Part shown: piece after piece, positions 16,641 to 26,357 of the stretch
Layout of the letters: every line of letters starts with the position of its first letter
How positions within the stretch are numbered: the first letter of the stretch is position 1
Assembly (NCBI GenBank): GCA_050874365.1
Contig: JBNMKN010000001.1
Coordinates: 1-41,541, forward strand
DNA: 41,541 nucleotides
Source: Butyrivibrio sp.
Lineage (GTDB): Bacteria > Bacillota > Clostridia > Lachnospirales > Lachnospiraceae
Direction of reading: 5' to 3'
Program-made: the position numbers and the translations under genes
Notes under the pieces: generated by a model
The model's database searches: none
Told to the model about the DNA's origin: nothing
What the model saw: the letters and a program-made list of their open reading frames with translations, nothing else

Positions 16641-17975
16641 TTATTGACCGTCGTTATTGTTTTTTACTACATAATCCGTGAGGTTGAATTCAAGCTTTTT
16701 AAATGTATTGCCGTTTATATCGGCAAGCGGAATATAAAAAACATCTTCAATGCCATATTCGTAGCCCTGGCTATTAGTCAGCATAGAATCACCGATTACA
16801 AACAGATTTCCGTTTGATGTGCAAAGTACATTTATTTCATTGTAGCCGTCACCGCTTGTTAAAATATCGTCATAAGTTACCGTACCGATGTAGTTACCGG
16901 ACAGGTCATAAATGCAGATTTGATTTTTGCCGCTACCCACAACAGGATTACTGCAGTTAATGTACATATAATTATCATCAAAGGATGCAATTCCTTTATG
17001 TGAGCTGTCAGTTATCTTTTTAATACATTCATTTTTCATTGCAGTAAAATCATATTTATACATACCGTTGCCTGACAGGAAAAAATACAGACAATTATCC
17101 TTGACATACCAGCCGTTGGCACCAACGCCTTCCGACGCCCATGAACCCACTTCCGAAACAGAAGGAACCGTCCATACCAAATCTTTTTTACTGCTGTTGT
17201 TGTCATAAGAATATAATTTATCGGAGCCGTCAACGGTAACCATATAATATAGTTTGCCGTTATCAGCCCACATTTTATCAAATTCAACATTGCCAAGGCT
17301 GTCAATCTGGACTGCACCGTCAAAATCAGTTCCCACAGGGGCGGCGTAAAGCTTAATATTTTCTGTTGCGGTGGCAGCCTGCGATAACTCGTTAATCTTT
17401 ATGTAAACCATACCGTTATCAATTATGTATTTAGGAGTGAAAAAACTACTGCCAGAAGCATTATAAATGCTCTGGACTTTTTTACGGTCTGTTCCGTCGG
17501 TATTCATTTTGTAGAGATAATACACGCCCTTGCTGTCATCAAAAACATCATAATATATATTTCTGTTGTAATAGGTTAAAGAGGTTGCTCCGTCAAGGTA
17601 GGCATTGCAATCACTTGTGTTATGTTTACACTCAGGCTTGTTGCACAGAATAGTTGTATTCATGTTTGATTTTTCCGTATAGCAGATATAATTGCTTAAA
17701 AGAAAATAATAGCCTTCATCAGTCTCGCAGGATATGTATTTACCATAGTTTCCGTTATTCATATTTTTCTGGAAACCTGTTCCGGATATGTCGGTATCAG
17801 CCGTCTGTGTGGTGTCCGGTAATGAGGTGTCATCAACACTCTTGGAATTATCTGCACAGCCTGTAAAAACGGACAACGATAGGATGGTTAAAACGGCCAA
17901 TATTCCAGATGATATTTTCTTAACGTTTACAGTTTTTTTGCTTCTTTTTGTTAAATTCATTTGTAATTCCTCCAT
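16641..17975 (-). CDS. Lipoprotein, predicted beta-propeller (DUF5050-like)
   Basis: Lipobox VFTGC, LCNKPECKH...C motif, LYKMNTDGTDRK repeat. Confidence 0.75.
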   Translation of the reverse strand: MEELQMNLTKRSKKTVNVKKISSGILAVLTILSLSVFTGCADNSKSVDDTSLPDTTQTADTDISGTGFQKNMNNGNYGKYISCETDEGYYFLLSNYICYTEKSNMNTTILCNKPECKHNTSDCNAYLDGATSLTYYNRNIYYDVFDDSKGVYYLYKMNTDGTDRKKVQSIYNASGSSFFTPKYIIDNGMVYIKINELSQAATATENIKLYAAPVGTDFDGAVQIDSLGNVEFDKMWADNGKLYYMVTVDGSDKLYSYDNNSSKKDLVWTVPSVSEVGSWASEGVGANGWYVKDNCLYFFLSGNGMYKYDFTAMKNECIKKITDSSHKGIASFDDNYMYINCSNPVVGSGKNQICIYDLSGNYIGTVTYDDILTSGDGYNEINVLCTSNGNLFVIGDSMLTNSQGYEYGIEDVFYIPLADINGNTFKKLEFNLTDYVVKNNNDGQ

Positions 17976-18031
17976 AAGTATGTTTAATTACCGTGGTTAC
18001 TCTAGCATAAAGTGCCGGATTAAAACCCGAC

Positions 18032-18064
18032 TTGTAAAAAATTACCTATATATTTGTAAAAATT
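18032..18064 (-). promoter_or_regulatory. Putative LytTR binding site (direct repeat, 22-bp period)
   Basis: TTGTAAAAA at 18032 and 18054, upstream of a minus-strand TATGCT -10 near 18004-18009. Confidence 0.55.
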
Positions 18065-18136
18065 TAAAGCAGGGTGCTGTTTTTGTTCCATTTTAGCTTT
18101 AGATATGTTAAAACAATTATTAAAGAAGGTGAGTCC

Positions 18137-18859
18137 GTGAATTTTAAAATTGCCGTATGCGATGATGAGCAGGTTATATGCCTGTATCTTTATAATAAAT
18201 TGGAAAATCTAATGGAACAAAAATCAGTCAGATTTGAGATTGACTGCTTTACTTCAGGCGAAGAGCTTTGTAAGGAAATAAAATGTACCGATTATGATTT
18301 GATTTTTCTTGATATTGAACTGCCCGAAATGAATGGCGTTGCGGTTGGTCAATATATCAGGGAAACGCTTAAAAATGAAACTACACAGATTGCATATATA
18401 TCTTCAAAGCAGGAATATGCTATGGAGTTGTTTGAAATGCGCCCTATAAACTTTCTTGTTAAGCCTTTGTCAGATGAAAAAATAGAGAATGTAATAGACA
18501 AATTCCTTCAGCTTAACAGGATTGATACGGAAATTTTTAATTTTAAAATCGGACGGGATTATTACAAAATACCGTTTTCGGAGATTTTATATTTTTATAG
18601 CAATGGAAGAAAAATTAATATTGTTACATTGAAGAAAAGCTATGAATTTTACGGTTCTTTGGATGATGTTTACAGTGAAGTCAAAAATAAAAAGTTTTTA
18701 TTTGTACATAAATCATTTCTTGTCAATTTTAAATATATCCGCAAGTATGAATATGAGCAGCTTACTATGTCGGATGATATGATTATTCCTGTCAGCCAGT
18801 CACGCAGAAAATCCGTACGTTCAGAATTTTTTGAATTTGAAGGGAGCGATTTGACTTGA
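18137..18859 (+). CDS. LytTR/AgrA-family response regulator
   Basis: IAVCDDE, LIFLDIELP, FLVKP, VHKSFLVN; GTG start after GAAGGTGA. Confidence 0.95.
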   Translation: MNFKIAVCDDEQVICLYLYNKLENLMEQKSVRFEIDCFTSGEELCKEIKCTDYDLIFLDIELPEMNGVAVGQYIRETLKNETTQIAYISSKQEYAMELFEMRPINFLVKPLSDEKIENVIDKFLQLNRIDTEIFNFKIGRDYYKIPFSEILYFYSNGRKINIVTLKKSYEFYGSLDDVYSEVKNKKFLFVHKSFLVNFKYIRKYEYEQLTMSDDMIIPVSQSRRKSVRSEFFEFEGSDLT

Positions 18860-20133
18860 CATCGGTTTTGGACACTATTGTATATTTGTTTATAAATGCT
18901 TTTGACACTTACCTGATGTATTTGTTTATGAGATTATTTTTTAAGAATGATTTTATAAGCAAAAAAGCAGCAGTTTTTGTGTATGCCCTGTATTATGTGG
19001 TATCAATGCTAGTCTATATTTTATTTTCATCGGTTTTTCTGAATATGATAAGCTCGATAACGGTAACTTTCATTGTAACCTTGTGCTACAGGTCAAAATT
19101 TTCTAAAAAAATAATTGTGACATTACTTAACTATGCTACCATGAATGTCTGTGAGGCTGTAGTTGCCGCCGCTATAGGTTTAGGCGGGGCAGATGTTTTT
19201 GAAAGCTCTACATTCGGTGACAGTTTTTGCCTTATTGCAGTTGCTCTTTTGGGCTTTCTCGTTATTAAAATCATTGGCAGATTTCAAAATTTACACAGCA
19301 ATGCGCCTATACCAAGACCGTTTTCTGTAATTGCGATTCTCGTTCCGTGTGTTTCTGTACTTTTTGAAATTCTGCTGTTCATGCAGAAAAATATAAGTGA
19401 TTTGGTATACACACTTTCTTTGATTTGTGTTGTATCCCTTGATTTTCTTGTAATATATCTTTATGATTCGCTTTCAAAGTTATTCAATGAAAAGATAGGG
19501 GCGGAAATAGCAAAACAGGAAACAAAATATTATCAGAAGCAGGCGGAGCTTATAGAGAAGAATTCGCAGGAAATCAAACAGCTTCGTCATGATATGAAAA
19601 ATTATACGATAGCATTAAGCGAACTTATTAAAAACAGCGAAAATGAAAAAGCATTGGAATATATAGCCTCGGTTTCAGGGGCGTTGGAGCCTGCAAAGGT
19701 CTACTGCAATACAGGAATTATATCCGTGGACAGTATTGTGAATTACAAGTTTACAAGAGCAGAAGAAATGGGAATTTCTGTGGATTCTGAAATTATGATA
19801 CCCTATGATTTGAATTTAAAGTCCAATGATTTGGTTGCCATACTCGGAAACCTTCTTGACAATGCGATTGAAGCAGCCTCAAAGGCAGAGAAAAAATATA
19901 TAAAATTTCGAGTGTCATATGACAGGGGAACGGTTTTAATAGTCCTTTCAAACAGCTACAACGGTGAGTTGAAGTTTGAGGGCAGAACCTACAAAACCAC
20001 AAAGAAGGACGATACGGCAATTCACGGTATCGGATTAAAAAGCATCGAAGCCGTTGTAGAAAAGTACAACGGGGAAATAAAAGTGACTCATACCGATACG
20101 GAGTTTTTGGTGAAAATATTGATGTTTAATTAG
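18856..20133 (+). CDS. AgrC-like GHKL sensor histidine kinase
   Basis: Multiple TMs, RHDMKN, GNLLDNAIEA, HGIGLKS. Confidence 0.93.
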   Translation: MTSVLDTIVYLFINAFDTYLMYLFMRLFFKNDFISKKAAVFVYALYYVVSMLVYILFSSVFLNMISSITVTFIVTLCYRSKFSKKIIVTLLNYATMNVCEAVVAAAIGLGGADVFESSTFGDSFCLIAVALLGFLVIKIIGRFQNLHSNAPIPRPFSVIAILVPCVSVLFEILLFMQKNISDLVYTLSLICVVSLDFLVIYLYDSLSKLFNEKIGAEIAKQETKYYQKQAELIEKNSQEIKQLRHDMKNYTIALSELIKNSENEKALEYIASVSGALEPAKVYCNTGIISVDSIVNYKFTRAEEMGISVDSEIMIPYDLNLKSNDLVAILGNLLDNAIEAASKAEKKYIKFRVSYDRGTVLIVLSNSYNGELKFEGRTYKTTKKDDTAIHGIGLKSIEAVVEKYNGEIKVTHTDTEFLVKILMFN

Positions 20134-20198
20134 GGTGGATGGACATATATAAAGAAATATCAGACCACACTTTTTAATATTTTTATGAATAAGATAAG

Positions 20199-20247
20199 TT
20201 GACAGGGAAACAATAATAACATATAATAAAAGTACGAAAAAACGTAC
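20199..20247 (+). promoter_or_regulatory. TA promoter with palindromic operator
   Basis: TTGACA-17-TATAAT, then GTACG-AAAAAA-CGTAC at 20232-20247. Confidence 0.75.
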
Positions 20248-20266
20248 GATTTTAAAAGGAAGTGGG

Positions 20267-20530
20267 GTGCCAAATATGTTAGCAGTAAAGAGCATGGATG
20301 TAAGAGATAATTTTAAAACATTATGTGATAAGGTTTTCAAGGGAGAGACACTGATTGTTTCAAGACCAAAGAATGAAAACATAGTGATGATATCCGAGGT
20401 GGAATACAATGAGATTATGAAAGCTAAAAGAAATGCTGAATATCTCGCTATGTTAGATAAGTCCATGGCTGAAGCAAAAGCCGGCGGTTTTATTACAAAA
20501 ACGATAGATGAGTTAGGAACGTATGAATAA
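20267..20530 (+). CDS. yefM: Phd/YefM family antitoxin
   Basis: VRDNFKTLCDKV..GETLIVSR...VMIS..EYN; coupled to the toxin gene. Confidence 0.9.
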   Translation: MPNMLAVKSMDVRDNFKTLCDKVFKGETLIVSRPKNENIVMISEVEYNEIMKAKRNAEYLAMLDKSMAEAKAGGFITKTIDELGTYE

Positions 20531-20790
20531 TGAATATAGTATTTACTCCAACTGCATGGCAACAGTATACGGACTGGCAGAATGAAGATAAAAAGATTGT
20601 AAAGCGAATTAATGACCTGATAAAGAGTATAGACCGTGATGGGTTACTAGAGGGAATTGGAAAGCCTGAACCGCTAAAACATAGAAAAGTATGTAGCAGA
20701 CGGATAACAGAAGAACACAGACTTACATATAATTTCGACAGTAATCAAAATCTCATAATATACTCCTGTAAATTTCATTATGAAGATTAG
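20530..20790 (+). CDS. yoeB: Txe/YoeB family toxin
   Basis: GIGKPEPLK, SRRITEEHRL, CKFHY. Confidence 0.93.
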   Translation: MNIVFTPTAWQQYTDWQNEDKKIVKRINDLIKSIDRDGLLEGIGKPEPLKHRKVCSRRITEEHRLTYNFDSNQNLIIYSCKFHYED

Positions 20791-20925
20791 TATATTCAGT
20801 ATAATTATTTTTTTCACAAGTCCCATTTTATAACCAAGTGCATCAATTATTTTGACAAATAGAACTAATGATGGACTATGGTTTTTCTTTTCAAATCGTT
20901 AGATGAATGCGGGAATATAACCCCT

Positions 20926-22164
20926 TTAGCCACGCTTCACCTCTTTCACATGCCCAACCGGCGAAAAATCCTTTATCTTCCTGTTTCCAAATAATTCCGC
21001 GTACTCCAGTTCTTTTAAATTATGTAAAAAAGAAATGTCCTCAAGATTGGTGGCTTTGTTCATGACGATACTCCTTAAATGCACCAGTTTTCCAATCGGA
21101 GAATAGTCCTTGATTTTGGTTATGTTGTTCATTCGCAATTCTTCAAGGCTTGTGAGATATTCAAAGACAGAAATGTCGGTTATGTTTTTACAATAGTCCA
21201 TATTCAGTTTTTTTAGATGGACAAGATTCTGCAGAAAAGATAAATCTATCTTTGCTTTGTTATCCGAAATATTCAATTCTTCCAAACTGCCAAGCTGTAC
21301 TATTTTGGAAAAATCCGTTTTACTGCCCATAAATGATACGTCTAAGAATTGTATATTCTGCAAATGCTCAAATACATTAAAATTCTTGATTTTGTCGTTA
21401 CCGAATAGATTAAGTCTTTCCAGATTTACAAGATTAGCAAGTGCAGACACATCCTCTATACCGCATGTTCCGAGAATTAATTCCTTCAAATTCTTTAATT
21501 CCGAAAGATATGATATATCAGTAATTTTTCGGCAACTCAGACATAAACTCTCCAATTCAGGCAGATTGATAACTTCTGAAATATCAAATGGGTCATCATT
21601 ATCCTGAGTTCTTCTGAGATTAAGAACTTTCAGTCTGTTCAGTTTTTTTACAAAATTGAGACAGGATACGTTCGCACCAAGAATTTTCAGTTCTGTTAAT
21701 TGCATCAATTCTGAGATTGATGCAGCATTAACCGCCCAATCAAATTGACAGTCTAATTTTTGAAGATTTTTAACTTTATCTAAACCGCCTAAATCGACGC
21801 CTGCTATGTATTCTTCGATTTTAAGCACCAGTTTTTCCTCATCATTAATTATTATGGTAACCTCAAACCAGTCGGTATCGGCACAGTAAATGCTTTTGAT
21901 TTCTTCAATAGCTGTGTGGCTGTTTTCTGAAATAAGTTTCATAAGATTAACCAGAGAGCCGCTTTTTACAAGTTCATTCTCTGAATTAAATATGATAACA
22001 TCACCCTCGCAGATTTCTTTGCTTTTAAGCTCCGATTCAGGTACAGAAATTTTCTTTTGCTCCCTTTGGATGTCAAGAGTCTCGATATATAAATCCAATG
22101 TCTCTGAAACAGTTTCATTGTCGGGATTCTGATTGCGAATATATTTTACTAAATATTTTTCCAT
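20926..22164 (-). CDS. Cytoplasmic leucine-rich repeat protein (internalin-like LRRs)
   Basis: About 11 LxxLxxLxLxxNxIxD repeats; no signal peptide. Confidence 0.88.
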   Translation of the reverse strand: MEKYLVKYIRNQNPDNETVSETLDLYIETLDIQREQKKISVPESELKSKEICEGDVIIFNSENELVKSGSLVNLMKLISENSHTAIEEIKSIYCADTDWFEVTIIINDEEKLVLKIEEYIAGVDLGGLDKVKNLQKLDCQFDWAVNAASISELMQLTELKILGANVSCLNFVKKLNRLKVLNLRRTQDNDDPFDISEVINLPELESLCLSCRKITDISYLSELKNLKELILGTCGIEDVSALANLVNLERLNLFGNDKIKNFNVFEHLQNIQFLDVSFMGSKTDFSKIVQLGSLEELNISDNKAKIDLSFLQNLVHLKKLNMDYCKNITDISVFEYLTSLEELRMNNITKIKDYSPIGKLVHLRSIVMNKATNLEDISFLHNLKELEYAELFGNRKIKDFSPVGHVKEVKRG

Positions 22165-22288
22165 TCTGTTGTTACTCCTTTATTAGAATATTAATTGCTC
22201 CTGTATTGTGATAAATCAAAATTTGGTATAGAGAAATAATCCGAGTAAAAGTACGGTAATTATTTCTGCACATATTAATAGAAATTTT

Positions 22289-22651
22289 TTAATTCCTGCC
22301 ACCGCTTTCAGATGTTTTACCGTTGTCTATCAGGTAAAATATTGTGAAACATATTCCGCCGCCGATAATATTTGCCAGTATTATAAGAAGTGCTTTAAAT
22401 TTACCGGTATTAAGTCCGCCCTCTGGATTTTCAAGTCCGAAATAACTAAGTACAAGATGTTTTTCGTATCTGGCGATTCCGTCCAGTATTTCGATGAATT
22501 TATTGCCTTTCTTCTCTTCTGAAGCAACGTAATTCCAGTAGAAATTCTCATCAAAGCTCTCAAGGCTCTCTTTTTTCTCACATATAATCTTGCTGAGATT
22601 TAAGGCACCTGCCAGCTCACTCATGCGGTTTTCAAGTTCTTTAATAGTCAT
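22289..22651 (-). pseudogene. Probable internally deleted MerR-family regulator
   Basis: Starts MTIKELENR after GAGGT, then jumps to a post-HTH-like segment; preceded by a 19-bp-spacer promoter with a palindrome. Confidence 0.5.
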
Positions 22652-22692
22652 ATCTACCTCGTATCCGGCAGTCAATCTGCCTGTCTGTAACA

Positions 22693-22785
22693 ATAATAAG
22701 GTATAAACAAGGTTTACAGTCAAGTATTTTTGCAATAATTTTTGAAAAATCCCCTTGACCCTGACCTAAGGGCAGAGTTTATTAT
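22693..22785. promoter_or_regulatory. Two back-to-back MerR-type promoters (19-bp spacers with dyads)
   Basis: Minus: TTGACT-19-TATTAT (22693-22723), dyad TATAAAC/GTTTACA. Plus: TTGACC-19-TATTAT (22755-22785), dyad CTGACCT/AGGGCAG. Confidence 0.75.
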
Positions 22786-22835
22786 CTATTACAGGGTAGT
22801 TGCAACTCCTAAATATAATTTAAGGAGAATTTAAA

Positions 22836-24053
22836 GTGGATAAAAATTATTTTTACACAACGGGCGAACTGGCGGACATGGCAGGAATCAGCTATAAAAG
22901 CATAAGGGTTTATATTGAAAAGGGACTTCTTGTACCGGATAAGATAACGGAAGCAGGATACAAATTATTTTCACCTTTAAGCGTAGAAAGGCTACAGAAA
23001 ATTTTGATGTTTAAGTATCTCGATTTTTCCCTTGAAGAGATTGGCAGTATGTTAGAAAAAGAGAATTTTCAGGAATCGCTCAGCAGGCAGAAAGAATATA
23101 TCGAACTGAAACTGACTCACCTTAACCAGATAAAAAACGCAGTTGAGGATATGCAGGCTTTATCGGGAGAAAACAGTTGGGACAAAATGCTTGAAATAAT
23201 GAAGCTGACGTCACAGAAAGAGGAAGTAATCAAGCAGTATATCAAGAGTGATAATCTTGAAAAAAGAATTAATATCCATGAATACAGCACATCGGATATA
23301 AACTGGTACGAGTATCTTCTTGGCAGATGCGATATAAAGGAGAACATGGATATTCTTGATATCGGCTGTGGCAACGGTACGCTCTGGTATAGGGGCAAAA
23401 ATATTTTACCCGGTAATATCAATATTTATATGGTAGATAATTCAAAAGCAATGTTAGATGCAGCTAAAAAATTACATTCAAAGGAGGCGGATTACTATAA
23501 CAGTAAAAAAATCGGATTTCATTATATTATCGGGAACGCTTCTGACATCAGCCGGTTATCGGAATTGGATTCAAAGAAATTTCAGCGGATAATGGCAAAT
23601 CATATGCTTTATCACATCGGGGAGACTGAAAGAAAAATATTGTTTACTGCTGCAGATGCTATGCTGACGGATGACGGAAAATTTATTGCATCCACGATAG
23701 GAAATAACCATATGAAAGAAATTTTTGAACTGGCAGGTGAGTATAATAAAAATATCAAAGCTCCCGGTTGGTTCTCAAGGGGATTTAATCTGGAAAATGG
23801 AAAAGAACAACTGGAAAAATATTTTACAGATGTCAAAATGTTTGTTCACGATAATAATTTAATGGTTCCTGATTCGGAAGCGATTTATGATTATCTTTGC
23901 TCACTTCCTGAAATAGAGAAAGCCGTTAAAAGGGATAAAGAAGCTGTTATGAAGTTTCTGAAAAGTAAAGTATCGGAAAGCAACCCCTTTTTTATCAGAA
24001 AAAATACAGGATTATTTACGGCAGGCAAGAAAAAATATAGTGAACGGAATTAA
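22836..24053 (+). CDS. MerR HTH-SAM-dependent methyltransferase fusion
   Basis: YTTGELADMAGISYKSIRVY..GLL; ILDIGCGNG; MANHMLYH. Confidence 0.9.
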   Translation: MDKNYFYTTGELADMAGISYKSIRVYIEKGLLVPDKITEAGYKLFSPLSVERLQKILMFKYLDFSLEEIGSMLEKENFQESLSRQKEYIELKLTHLNQIKNAVEDMQALSGENSWDKMLEIMKLTSQKEEVIKQYIKSDNLEKRINIHEYSTSDINWYEYLLGRCDIKENMDILDIGCGNGTLWYRGKNILPGNINIYMVDNSKAMLDAAKKLHSKEADYYNSKKIGFHYIIGNASDISRLSELDSKKFQRIMANHMLYHIGETERKILFTAADAMLTDDGKFIASTIGNNHMKEIFELAGEYNKNIKAPGWFSRGFNLENGKEQLEKYFTDVKMFVHDNNLMVPDSEAIYDYLCSLPEIEKAVKRDKEAVMKFLKSKVSESNPFFIRKNTGLFTAGKKKYSERN

Positions 24054-24116
24054 AGATTGACACACGTGTTTACACGTATTATAATTAAAATACGGTAAGG
24101 AAAGGAGATAAAACAA

Positions 24117-24305
24117 ATGCCAATGACCCCTAGAGAAATGATTAAACTTCTTAAACAAAATGGCTTTAGGGAAGTTAGTCAGAATGGCTCACATATTAAA
24201 ATGGTCAATGAATATACTAATAAGCAGACCATAGTTCCTTATCATGGAAAATCATTAAAAAAGGGATTGGAGCAAGCAATACTTAAACAGGCAGGAATCA
24301 AATAA
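24117..24305 (+). CDS. hicA: HicA family toxin
   Basis: QNGSHIK, VPYH, AILKQAG; promoter TTGACA-17-TATAAT at 24057-24085 with ACACGT repeats. Confidence 0.93.
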   Translation: MPMTPREMIKLLKQNGFREVSQNGSHIKMVNEYTNKQTIVPYHGKSLKKGLEQAILKQAGIK

Positions 24306-24330
24306 CACTGCCATTTATGGAGGTATATAT

Positions 24331-24726
24331 ATGAACAGACTATTTTATCCGGCGTTATTTCATAAAGCAGAAGAAGGTGGTTTCTGGATTTCGTTTCCTG
24401 ATATTCCTGAATGTTTAACTGAGGGAGATAATATGGAAGATGCCTATAATATGGCAATAGACGCTCTAGGTCTATGCCTCGAAGATATGGAAAAAAATAA
24501 TATTCCTTTTCCTGAACCATCGCCTGTTGATAAAATTACAGTTGATAAAGATGCAGTCCTAGTTGTTATCGAATTTGATATGTTAGCTTATAAAAAACGT
24601 ACAAATTCCAAAGCAGTGAAGAAAACACTTACTATTCCCGCATGGCTTAATGACAGGGCTATTCAACTCAATATTAATTTTTCACAGGTCCTTCAGGAAG
24701 CATTAACGGAAAAGATTAGCAGGTAG
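24331..24726 (+). CDS. hicB: HicB family antitoxin
   Basis: FPDIPECLTEGD, VKKTLTIPAWLN, INFSQVLQEAL. Confidence 0.93.
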   Translation: MNRLFYPALFHKAEEGGFWISFPDIPECLTEGDNMEDAYNMAIDALGLCLEDMEKNNIPFPEPSPVDKITVDKDAVLVVIEFDMLAYKKRTNSKAVKKTLTIPAWLNDRAIQLNINFSQVLQEALTEKISR

Positions 24727-24849
24727 CGGTTGCACCTGCTTTTTTTCTTTACTCTGTTCAACGGTAATGTTAAAATATAGGGGACTTATACAAAAGAACG
24801 GATGGCACACAGCCACAGACTTATAATTACATACATAAGGAGTGATATT

Positions 24850-25200
24850 ATGTTATTTGTATGTTATCCAAAATGTACAACCTGTCAGAAAGCGGAAAAG
24901 TGGCTTGATGAACACGATATTAAATACACAGAACGTCATATTGTGGAAAACAATCCGACCTATGACGAATTGAAGGAATGGTATGGAAAAAGCGGGCTTC
25001 CCCTCAAAAGATTTTTTAACACAAGCGGGCTTTTATACAAAGAGCTTCAGCTAAAAGACAAGCTTCCGACTATGAGCGAAGATGAGCAGTTGAAGCTGCT
25101 CGCCACAAACGGCATGCTTGTAAAACGTCCCCTGATTGTAGCGGATAATATCGTACTTGTGGGCTTTAAAGAAAAAGAATGGACTGAGCAACTGCATTAA
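24850..25200 (+). CDS. ArsC/Spx-family (YusI-like) thioredoxin-fold protein
   Basis: CTTCQKA, FFNTSG, MLVKRP; ATG after AAGGAGTG. Confidence 0.9.
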   Translation: MLFVCYPKCTTCQKAEKWLDEHDIKYTERHIVENNPTYDELKEWYGKSGLPLKRFFNTSGLLYKELQLKDKLPTMSEDEQLKLLATNGMLVKRPLIVADNIVLVGFKEKEWTEQLH

Positions 25201-25211
25201 AAACAGGAGAA

Positions 25212-25447
25212 ATACCAACCGATGTTACAGAAATCGTATGCCCTGTCTGCAAAGGCAGAGTTTCTGACGGCACAATACAGGTAAAAAGTGCTTCAAATCT
25301 TTTTAACACGGATACGGTTGTTGATTATGTCAAAAAAGAGACAATAAAAAGATTGTCAAAAAAGACGCAGTATCTTTGCGTTTAAAAGCAGACGGATATT
25401 ACTGTGAACACTGTGGAATATACATAGGTATTTTCAAAACACGTTAG
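25212..25447 (+). pseudogene. Small zinc-ribbon protein pseudogene
   Basis: AGGAGA RBS followed by ATA instead of ATG; CPVC; frameshift; then GYYCEHCG...FKTR*. Confidence 0.55.
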
Positions 25448-25463
25448 GAAAAGCGGTATATCT

Positions 25464-25952
25464 ATGAGAAATAATTATTTCAAAAAGTGGAAAAGTGATT
25501 TTGAATTCAGAACAATAGTTAATTTTTTTTGCATCATCGGGAATAACCGTAATTTTCGCTTTATACAACCTTGTGATAGGCATTTATTACGGAATTATAT
25601 GGAATCAATGTATAAGCGTTTACTATATTTTACTTACAATACTCAGAGGTCTCATTTCTTATGGGGCTTCTAAGTATGATAAAACCGACAAAGCCGGCAG
25701 AAAAAAATACACGTTGTGGCATCGGTTAATCTAAGGAAAGCCGGGCGTGTGGATGACGTCTTGGTGAGACAGCTCAGAAACATTAATTTCATAGACGCAA
25801 TTATCTCAATCCTTACCCTTCAGAATACCCTGCTAGTCGTTATGGGTTCTGCCGACAGACAGGACATGACCGTTCTTGACTCTATAAGCAGCGCTGTAGG
25901 GCTTGCGGCTATTCTTTTTCTTACCATAAAAAATATGATAAAAAAATACTAG
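25464..25952 (+). pseudogene. Fragmented membrane protein gene
   Basis: Hydrophobic segments spread over different frames across ORFs 25464-25673 and 25716-25952. Confidence 0.55.
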
Positions 25953-26357
25953 CCGTGGGCTTTATCATATAGTTAATAATTTTAGGAAAGGCGGATTGCC
26001 GTGAACAATTCGGAAATAATAATTTATAAAACAGAAGATGGATTAACTCAGGTAGATGTAACGTTTAATGATGATACAGTTTGGCTTACACAAGAGCAAA
26101 TGGCTGAATTGTTTCAGAAAGCTAAATCTACTATAAATGAACATATAAATAATATTTATGATGATGGTGAACTTAAAAAAGAAGATACTATGAGAAAATT
26201 CGGAAATTCCGAATTTTCTACCAAGCCGACCAATTATTATAATTTGGATATACGCTAAGTGATGTGGAAAAAGATTATCTGGACAGCATTGGAGAATTAG
26301 CGTCAAATTACGGGAAAAAATATGATAAAAAATACTAGCCGTGGGCTTTATCATATA
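25928..26357 (+). repeat. 43/44-bp direct repeat (25928-25971 and 26315-26357) flanking a 343-bp segment
   Basis: AAAAAATATGATAAAAAA(A)TACTAGCCGTGGGCTTTATCATATA occurs twice. Confidence 0.92.
26001..26258 (+). pseudogene. Truncated virulence RhuM-family protein (N-terminus only)
   Basis: IIIYKTEDG, TVWLTQEQMAELF, EHINNIY..GEL, YYNLD; stops where IISVGYRV would normally follow. Confidence 0.8.
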
